From the human T2T-CHM13v2.0 reference genome, Homo sapiens: a stretch of 64,000 nt of DNA. Below are positions 54,904 through 64,000 of the stretch, one piece after another. The notes beneath the pieces were generated by a model that had not been told where the DNA came from, made no database searches, and worked only from the letters and a program-made list of their open reading frames with translations. Every line of letters begins with the position of its first letter. The stretch's first letter is position 1. The stretch lies in NCBI RefSeq assembly GCF_009914755.1, contig NC_060939.1. One strand, written 5' to 3'. The position numbers and the translations under genes are program-made.

Positions 54904-57900
54904 TTGAGTCCATTCAATTCCATTCCTTTCGTTTCCATTCCATTTGATGCCATTCCATTCAATTCTGTTCTACTCGACTCCAATACATTCAATTCCATTC
55001 CATCCGATTCCATTACATTCTTTTCATTTCTTATCCATTTCAAGCCATTCCACTCCATTCCATTCCACCCGTTTCCTTTCCATTCGAGTCCATTCCTCTC
55101 CAGTCCATTCCGTTCAATCCATTCCATTCCAGTCCGTTCCATTCGAGTCCGTTCCATTCCAGTCCATTCCATTCGAGTCAATTCCATTCCATTCGATGTC
55201 TTTCCATAACGATCCATTCCATTCTATTCCTTTCGATTCCATTCCATTCTATTTCATTCCATTCGATTCCCTTCCATTGGACTCCTTTCCATTCGAGTGC
55301 ATTCCATTCCGTTCCATTTCTTTCCGTTCTGTACGATTCCTACCGTTCGATTTCATTTTGTTCCAGTCCATTCTTTCGCGTCCATTCCATTCCATTTCAC
55401 TCCATTCGATTCCATTCCACTCGATTCCACTTCGTTCCATTTCATTGCATTCCATTCTATTCAACTCTATTGCCTTCCATTCCATTCCATTCGATTACAT
55501 TCCATGCGATTCCATTCGAAATCGAATCAATTACATTGCAATCCATTACTATTGAGTCCGTTTTATTCCAGTCCACTGCATTCTGGTCCAATCCATTTGA
55601 TTCCATTCCATTCTATTCCATTCCATACAGTTGCATTCCATTGGATTCCATGCTATATCTATAAATTCAATTCGAGACCATTGCTTTTGAGTCCATTCTA
55701 TATGATTCCATTCCATTCAAGTCCATTACATTTGGTTAAATTCCATTCCATTCGCTTCAATTCCATTCCATTCCATTCCCTTCCATTCCATTCCAGTTGA
55801 TATCAATCCATTCGATTCCATTCCATTCGAGCACATTCCATTCGAGTCCATTCCATTCGATGCCATTCCATTTGATTCTATTCCATTAGTCTCCATTCAA
55901 TTCCATTAATCTCCATTCCATTCCATTCTACTCCAACTGATTCCATTCCATTCTATTCCTTTCCATTCCATTTCATTCCATTCCATTCCATTCCATTCCA
56001 TTCCATTCCATTCGTGTCCATTCCACTCCAGTCCATTCCATTCGTATCCATTCCATTCCAGTCCATTCCATTTGTGTCCACTGCATTCCATTCCACTCCA
56101 TTCCATATTATTCCATTACACTCCATTCCATTCTATTACTTTCATTTCCATTCAATTCCATTCCATTTGATTCCATTCCACTCGGTTTCATTCCATTTGA
56201 GTCCACTCCATTCCATTCCATTCCATTCAGTTCCATTCCATTCTGTTCCATTCCATTCCGTTCCATTACATTCCATTCCATTCGGTACCATTCCATATTG
56301 TTCCATTCGATTCCATTCGAATCCATTCCATTCCAGTCCATTCCATTCGATTCCATTCCATTCATTTCAATTCCATTCCATTCCATTCCATTACATTCCA
56401 CTTGATTCCTCTCCATTCCCTTCCACTGCATTCCGTTCGATTCCATTCCATTGCATTGCATTCCATTCCATTGGATTGCATTCCATTCGATTCCATTCCA
56501 TTCGAATCAATTACATAGCAATCCATTACATTCGAGTCTATTCTCTTCCGTTCCATTCGATTTCGTTCCAATCCATTCGATTCCATTCCATTCGATTCCA
56601 TTCCATACTATTGCATTCCATTCGATTACATTATATTCGAATAAGTTCCATTCAAGACCATTTCTTTTGAGTCCATTCTATTTGAGTCCATTCCCTTTGA
56701 TTCCATAACATTTGAGTCCATTCAATTCCATTCCTTTCGTTTCCATTCCATTTGATGCCATTCCATTCAATTCTGTTCTACTCGACTCCAATACATTCAA
56801 TTCCATTCCATCCGATTCCATTACATTCTTTTCATTTCTTATCCATTTCAAGCCATTCCACTCCATTCCATTCCACTCGTTTCCTTTCCATTCGAGTCCA
56901 TTCCTCTCCAGTCCATTCCGTTCAATCCATTCCATTCCAGTCCATTCCATTCGAGTCCGTTCCATTCCAGTCCATTCCATTCGAGTCAATTCCATTCCAT
57001 TCGATGTCTTTCCATAACGATCCATTCCATTCTATTCCTTTCGATTCCATTCCATTCTATTTCATTCCATTCGATTCCCTTCCATTGGACTCCTTTCCAT
57101 TCGAGTGCATTCCATTCCGTTCCATTTCTTTCCGTTCTGTACGATTCCTACCGTTCGATTTCATTTTGTTCCAGTCCATTCTTTCGCGTCCATTCCATTC
57201 CATTTCACTCCATTCGATTCCATTCCACTCGATTCCACTTCGTTCCATTTCATTGCATTCCATTCTATTCAACTCTATTGCCTTCCATTCCATTCCATTC
57301 GATTACATTCCATGCGATTCCATTCGAAATCGAATCAATTACATTGCAATCCATTACTATTGAGTCCGTTTTATTCCAGTCCACTGCATTCTGGTCCATT
57401 CCATTTGATTCCATTCCATTCTATTCCATTCCATACAGTTGCATTCCATTGGATTCCATTGTATATCTATAAATTCAATTCGAGACCATTGCTTTTGAGT
57501 CCATTCTATATGATTCCATTCCATTCAAGTCCATTACATTTGGTTAAATTCCATTCCATTCGGTTCAATTCCATTCCATTCCATTCCCTTCCATTCCATT
57601 CCAGTTGATATCAATCCATTCGATTCCATTCCATTCGAGCACATTCCATTCGAGTCCATTCCATTCGATGCCATTCCATTTGATTCTATTCCATTAGTCT
57701 CCATTCAATTCCATTAATCTCCATTCCATTCCATTCTACTCCAACTGATTCCATTCCATTCTATTCCTTTCCATTCCATTTCATTCCATTCCATTCCATT
57801 TCATTCCATTCCATTCCATTCGTGTCCATTCCACTCCAGTCCATTCCATTCGTGTCCATTCCATTCCAGTCCATTCCATTTGTGTCCACTGCATTCCATT

Positions 57901-58519
57901 CCACTCCATTCCATATTATTCCATTACACTCCATTCCATTCTATTACTTTCATTTCCATTCAATTCCATTCCATTTGATTCCATTCCACTCGGTTTCATT
58001 CCATTTGAGTCCACTCCATTCCATTCCATTAAATTCCATTCTGTTCCATTCCATTCCGTTCCATTACATTCCATTCCATTCGGTACCATTCCATATTGTT
58101 CCATTCGATTCCATTCGAATCCATTCCATTCCAGTCCATTCCATTCGATTCCATTCCATTCATTTCAATTCCATTCCATTCCATTCCATTCCATTCCATT
58201 CCATTCCACTTGATTCCTCTCCATTCCCTTCCACTGCATTCCGTTCGATTCCATTCCATTGCATTGCATTCCATTCCATTGGATTGCATTCCATTCGATT
58301 CCATTCCATTCGAATCAATTACATAGCAATCCATTACATTCGAGTCTATTCTATTCCGTTCCATTCGATTTCGTTCCAATCCATTCGATTCCATTCCATT
58401 CGATTCCATTCCATACTATTGCATTCCATTCGATTACATTATATTCGAATAAGTTCCATTCAAGACCATTTCTTTTGAGTCCATTCTATTTGAGTCCATT
58501 CCCTTTGATTCCATAACAT

Positions 58520-60293
58520 TTGAGTCCATTCAATTCCATTCCTTTCGTTTCCATTCCATTTGATGCCATTCCATTCAATTCTGTTCTACTCGACTCCAAT
58601 ACATTCAATTCCATTCCATCCGATTCCATTACATTCTTTTCATTTCTTATCCATTTCAAGCCATTCCACTCCATTCCATTCCACTCGTTTCCTTTCCATT
58701 CGAGTCCATTCCTCTCCAGTCCATTCCGTTCAATCCATTCCATTCCAGTCCATTCCATTCGAGTCCGTTCCATTCCAGTCCATTCCATTCGAGTCAATTC
58801 CATCCCATCCGATGTCTTTCCATAACAATCCATTCCATTCTATTCCTTTCGATTCCATTCCATTCTATTTCATTCCATTCGATTCCCTTCCATTGGACTC
58901 CTTTCCATTCGAGTGCATTCCATTCCGTTCCATTTCTTTCCGTTCTGTACGATTCCTACCGTTCGATTTCATTTTGTTCCAGTCCATTCCTTTCGCGTCC
59001 ATTCCATTCCATTTCACTCCATTCGATTCCATTCCACTCGATTCCACTTCGTTCCATTTCATTGCATTCCATTCTATTCAACTCTATTGCCTTCCATTCC
59101 ATTCCATTCGATTACATTCCATGCGATTCCATTCGAAATCGAATCAATTACATTGCAATCCATTACTATTGAGTCCATTTTATTCCAGTCCACTGCATTC
59201 TGGTCCATTCCATTTGATTCCATTCCATTCTATTCCATTCCATACAGTTGCATTCCATTGGATTCCATTCTATATCTATAAATTCAATTCGAGACCATTG
59301 CTTTTGAGTCCATTCTATATGATTCCATTCCATTCAAGTCCATTACATTTGGTTCAATTCCATTCCATTCCATTCCCATCCATTCCATTCCAGTTGATAT
59401 CAATCCATTCGATTCCATTCCATTCGAGCACATTCCATTCGAGTCCATTCCATTCGATGCCATTCCATTTGATTCTATTCCATTAGTCTCCATTCAATTC
59501 CATTAATCTCCATTCCATTCCATTCTACTCCAACTGATTCCATTCCATTCTATTCCTTTCCATTCCATTTCATTCCATTCCATTCCATTTCATTCCATTC
59601 CATTCCATTCCATTCCATTCGCTTCCATTCCATTCGTGTCCATTGCATTCCACTCCATTCCATTTGTGTCCACTGCATTCCATTCCACTCCATTCCATAT
59701 TATTCCATTACACTCCATTCCATTCTATTACTTTCATTTCCATTGAATTCCATTCCATTTGATTCCATTCCACTCGGTTTCATTCCATTTGAGTCCACTC
59801 CACTCCATTCCATTCCATTCCATTCCATTCAGTTCCATTCCATTCTGTTCCATTCCATTCCGTTCCATTGCATTCCATTCCATTCGGTACCATTCCATAT
59901 TGTTCCATTCGATTCCATTCGAATCCGTTCCATTCCAGTCCATTCCATTCGATTCCATTCCATTCCGTTCAATTCCATTCCATTCCATTCCATTCCACTT
60001 GATTCCACTCCATTCCCTTCCACTGCATTCCATTGCATTGCATTCCATTCCATTGGACTGCATTCCATTCGATTCCATTCCATTCGAATCAATTACATAG
60101 CAATCCATTAAATTCGAGTCTATTCTATTCCGTTCCATTCGATTTCGTTCCAATCCATTCGATTCCATTCCATTCGATTCCATTCCATACTATTGCATTC
60201 CATTCTATTACATTATATTCGAATAAGTTCCATTCAAGAGCATTTCTTTTGAGTCCATTCTATTTGAGTCCATTCCCTTTGATTCCATAACAT
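58520..60293 (+). repeat. Diverged unit (1774 bp)
   Basis: More than a dozen private substitutions and several pentamer-multiple indels between ~58800 and 60240. Confidence 0.9.
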
Positions 60294-63200
60294 TTGAGTC
60301 CATTCAATTCCATTCCTTTCGTTTCCATTCCATTTGATGCCATTCCATTCAATTCTGTTCTACTCGACTCCAATACATTCAATTCCATTCCATCCGATTC
60401 CATTACATTCTTTTCATTTCTTATCCATTTCAAGCCATTCCACTCCATTCCATTCCACTCGTTTCCTTTCCATTCGAGTCCATTCCTCTCCAGTCCATTC
60501 CGTTCAATCCATTCCATTCCAGTCCATTCCATTCGAGTCCGTTCCATTCCAGTCCATTCCATTCGAGTCAATTCCATCCCATTCGATGTCTTTCCATAAC
60601 GATCCATTCCATTCTATTCCTTTCGATTCCATTCCATTCTATTTCATTCCATTCGATTCCCTTCCATTGGACTCCTTTCCATTCGAGTGCATTCCATTCC
60701 GTTCCATTTCTTTCCGTTCTGTATGATTCCTACCGTTCGATTTCATTTTCTTCCAGGCCATTCTTTCGCGTCCATTCCATTCCATTTCACTCCATTCGAT
60801 TCCATTCCACTCGATTCCACTTCGTTCCATTTCATTGCATTCCATTCTATTCAACTCTATTGCCTTCCATTCCATTCCATTCGATTACATTCCATGCGAT
60901 TCCATTCGAAATCGAATCAATTACATTGCAATCCATTACTATTGAGTCCGTTTTATTCCAGTCCACTGCATTCTGGTCCATTCCATTTGATTCCATTCCA
61001 TTCTATTCCATTCCATACAGTTGCATTCCATTGGATTCCATGCTATATCTATAAATTCAATTCGAGACCATTGCTTTTGAGTCCATTCTATATGATTCCA
61101 TTCCATTCAAGTCCATTACATTTGGTTAAATTCCATTCCATTCGGTTCAATTCCATTCCATTCCATTCCATTCCCTTCCATTCCATTCCAGTTGATATCA
61201 ATCCATTCGATTCCATTCCATTCGAGCAAATTCCATTCGAGTCCATTCCATTCGATGCCATTCCATTTGATTCTATTCCATTAGTCTCCATTCAATTCCA
61301 TTAATCTCCATTCCATTCCATTCTACTCCAACTGATTCCATTCCATTCTATTCCTTTCCATTCCATTTCATTCCATTCCATTCCATTCCATTCCATTCCA
61401 TTCCATTCGTGTCCATTCCACTCCAGTCCATTCCATTCGTATCCATTCCATTCCAGTCCATTCCATTTGTGTCCACTGCATTCCATTCCACTCCATTCCA
61501 TATTATTCCATTACACTCCATTCCATTCTATTACTTTCATTTCCATTCAATTCCATTCCATTTGATTCCATTCCACTCGGTTTCATTCCATTTGAGTCCA
61601 CTCCATTCCATTCCATTACATTCAGTTCCATTCGATTCTGTTCCATTCCATTCCGTTCCGTTACATTCCATTCCATTCGGTACCATTCCATATTGTTCCA
61701 TTCGATTCCATTCGAATCCATTCCATTCCAGTCCATTCCATTCGATTCCATTCCATTCATTTCAATTCCATTCCATTCCATTCCATTACATTCCACTTGA
61801 TTCCTCTCCATTCCCTTCCACTGCATTCCGTTCGATTCCATTCCATTGCATTGCATTCCATTCCATTGGATTGCATTCCATTCGATTCCATTCCATTCGA
61901 ATCAATTACATAGCAATCCATTACATTCGAGTCTATTCTCTTCCGTTCCATTCGATTTCATTCCAATCCATTCGATTCCATTCCATTCGATTCCATTCCA
62001 TACTATTGCATTCCATTCGATTACATTATATTCGAATAAGTTCCATTCAAGACCATTTCTTTTGAGTCCATTCTATTTGAGTCCATTCCCTTTGATTCCA
62101 TAACATTTGAGTCCATTCAATTCCATTCCTTTCGTTTCCATTCCATTTGATGCCATTCCATTCAATTCTGTTCTACTCGACTCCAATACATTCAATTCCA
62201 TTCCATCCGATTCCATTACATTCTTTTCATTTCTTATCCATTTCAAGCCATTCCACTCCATTCCATTCCACTCGTTTCCTTTCCATTCGAGTCCATTCCT
62301 CTCCAGTCCATTCCGTTCAATCCATTCCATTCCAGTCCATTCCATTCGAGTCCGTTCCATTCCAGTCCATTCCATTCGAGTCAATTCCATCCCATTCGAT
62401 GTCTTTCCATAACGATCCATTCCATTCTATTCCTTTCGATTCCATTCCATTCTATTTCATTCCATTCGATTCCCTTCCATTGGACTCCTTTCCATTCGAG
62501 TGCATTCCATTCCGTTCCATTTCTTTCCGTTCTGTACGATTCCTACCGTTCGATTTCATTTTCTTCCAGGCCATTCTTTCGCGTCCATTCCATTCCATTT
62601 CACTCCATTCGATTCCATTCCACTCGATTCCACTTCGTTCCATTTCATTGCATTCCATTCTATTCAACTCTATTGCCTTCCATTCCATTCCATTCGATTA
62701 CATTCCATGCGATTCCATTCGAAATCGAATCAATTACATTGCAATCCATTACTATTGAGTCCGTTTTATTCCAGTCCACTGCATTCTGGTCCATTCCATT
62801 TGATTCCATTCCATTCTATTCCATTCCATACAGTTGCATTCCATTGGATTCCATGCTATATCTATAAATTCAATTCGAGACCATTGCTTTTGAGTCCATT
62901 CTATATGATTCCATTCCATTCAAGTCCATTACATTTGGTTAAATTCCATTCCATTCGGTTCAATTCCATTCCATTCCATTCCCTTCCATTCCATTCCAGT
63001 TGATATCAATCCATTCGATTCCATTCCATTCGAGCACATTCCATTCGAGTCCATTCCATTCGATGCCATTCCATTTGATTCTATTCCATTAGTCTCCATT
63101 CAATTCCATTAATCTCCATTCCATTCCATTCTACTCCAACTGATTCCATTCCATTCTATTCCTTTCCATTCCATTTCATTCCATTCCATTCCATTCCATT

Positions 63201-64000
63201 CCATTCCATTCCATTCCATTCGTGTCCATTCCACTCCAGTCCATTCCATTCGTATCCATTCCATTCCAGTCCATTCCATTTGTGTCCACTGCATTCCATT
63301 CCACTCCATTCCATATTATTCCATTACACTCCATTCCATTCTATTACTTTCATTTCCATTCAATTCCATTCCATTTGATTCCATTCCACTCGGTTTCATT
63401 CCATTTGAGTCCACTCCATTCCATTCCATTCCATTCAGTTCCATTCGATTCTGTTCCATTCCATTCCGTTCCGTTACATTCCATTCCATTCAGTACCATT
63501 CCATATTGTTCCATTCGATTCCATTCGAATCCATTCCATTCCAGTCCATTCCATTCGATTCCATTCCATTCATTTCAATTCCATTCCATTCCATTCCATT
63601 ACATTCCACTTGATTCCTCTCCATTCCCTTCCACTGCATTCCGTTCGATTCCATTCCATTGCATTGCATTCCATTCCATTGGATTGCATTCCATTCGATT
63701 CCATTCCATTCGAATCAATTACATAGCAATCCATTACATTCGAGTCTATTCTCTTCCGTTCCATTCGATTTCGTTCCAATCCATTCGATTCCATTCCATT
63801 CGATTCCATTCCATACTATTGCATTCCATTCGATTACATTATATTCGAATAAGTTCCATTCAAGACCATTTCTTTTGAGTCCATTCTATTTGAGTCCATT
63901 CCCTTTGATTCCATAACATTTGAGTCCATTCAATTCCATTCCTTTCGTTTCCATTCCATTTGATGCCATTCCATTCAATTCTGTTCTACTCGACTCCAAT

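Larger units (their letters stand above)
482..61684. other. One KpnI site (GGTACC) per unit; 35 intact sites, the 36th mutated
   Basis: GGTACC at 482, 2261, 4074, 5877, 7656, 9464, 11272, 13075, 14885 ... 58082, 59886, 61679. The equivalent position at 63492 reads AGTACC. Confidence 0.95.
910..63919 (+). repeat. D15Z1: 35 complete ~1.8-kb higher-order repeat units, probably D15Z1 / HSat3A5 (chr15p)
   Basis: The anchor ATAACAT|TTGAGTCC recurs at 910, 2689, 4502, 6305, 8084, 9892, 11720, 13503, 15313, 17121, 18919, 20732, 22540, 24343, 26146, 27939, 29718, 31511, 33290, 35103, 36911, 38719, 40503, 42311, 44119, 45927, 47730, 49538, 51346, 53125, 54904, 56712, 58520, 60294, 62107 and 63920 (spacings 1774-1828 bp, most often 1808). 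A 1.8-kb KpnI-periodic satellite III is the classical description of D15Z1. The periodicity is read directly from the sequence; the chromosome assignment is by recognition only. Confidence 0.85.
1..64000 (+). repeat. Human Satellite 3 (HSat3) array, diverged (CATTC)n / (GGAAT)n pericentromeric heterochromatin
   Basis: CATTC pentamers and single-base variants (GATTC, GAGTC, CAGTC, CACTC, AATTC) run from base 1 to 64000 with no break. Long CATTCCATTC runs dominate, and the HSat2-type CATTCGATGATG/GATGAT motif was not seen, which favours HSat3 over HSat2. Confidence 0.98.

Noticed and set aside
306-63916. Hundreds of ORFs (SIPFH-rich on +, MEWNG-rich on -)
   Set aside because: They are the arithmetic result of translating a stop-free pentamer (15 nt = 5 aa). 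They overlap in all frames, many use TTG/GTG starts, and they show no domain-like content or frame preservation. Similarity to the poly-WNGME product of SCA31 TGGAA repeats is not evidence of translation here.
1-64000. CRISPR-like or prokaryotic repeat-spacer system
   Set aside because: There are no unique spacers and no cas-like ORFs. The sequence is primate satellite throughout.
1-64000. Chromosome 1 HSat2 1.77-kb repeat
   Set aside because: The period is similar, but the sequence is dominated by CATTCCATTC and lacks the HSat2 GATGAT-containing motif.
1-64000. Inversion, Alu/L1 insertion or CENP-B box/alpha satellite
   Set aside because: The strand polarity never flips, and every inter-anchor distance is explained by small indels, leaving no room for foreign sequence.

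Overview
The whole window is one uninterrupted, single-orientation block of classical human Satellite 3 (HSat3): a diverged (CATTC)n pentamer on the + strand, (GGAAT)n on the - strand. It is organised as about 35.5 near-identical tandem higher-order units of ~1.8 kb (1774-1828 bp, mode 1808 bp), with one KpnI position and one EcoRV site per unit. This matches the chromosome 15 short-arm D15Z1/HSat3A5 array, an assignment made from recognition, not alignment. I see no genes, transposon insertions, inversions or unique sequence, and the ORF track is a by-product of the pentamer. I found no new coding system. The informative structure is in the variants: two main unit types (A ~1808 bp, B ~1779 bp), an old internal duplication within the unit, a (CATTC)5-9 micro-VNTR, several recent tandem and long-range duplications, recombinant units, one markedly diverged unit near 58.8-60.2 kb, a CpG-deamination footprint, and a B-type variant that creates an exact DUX4 consensus match.
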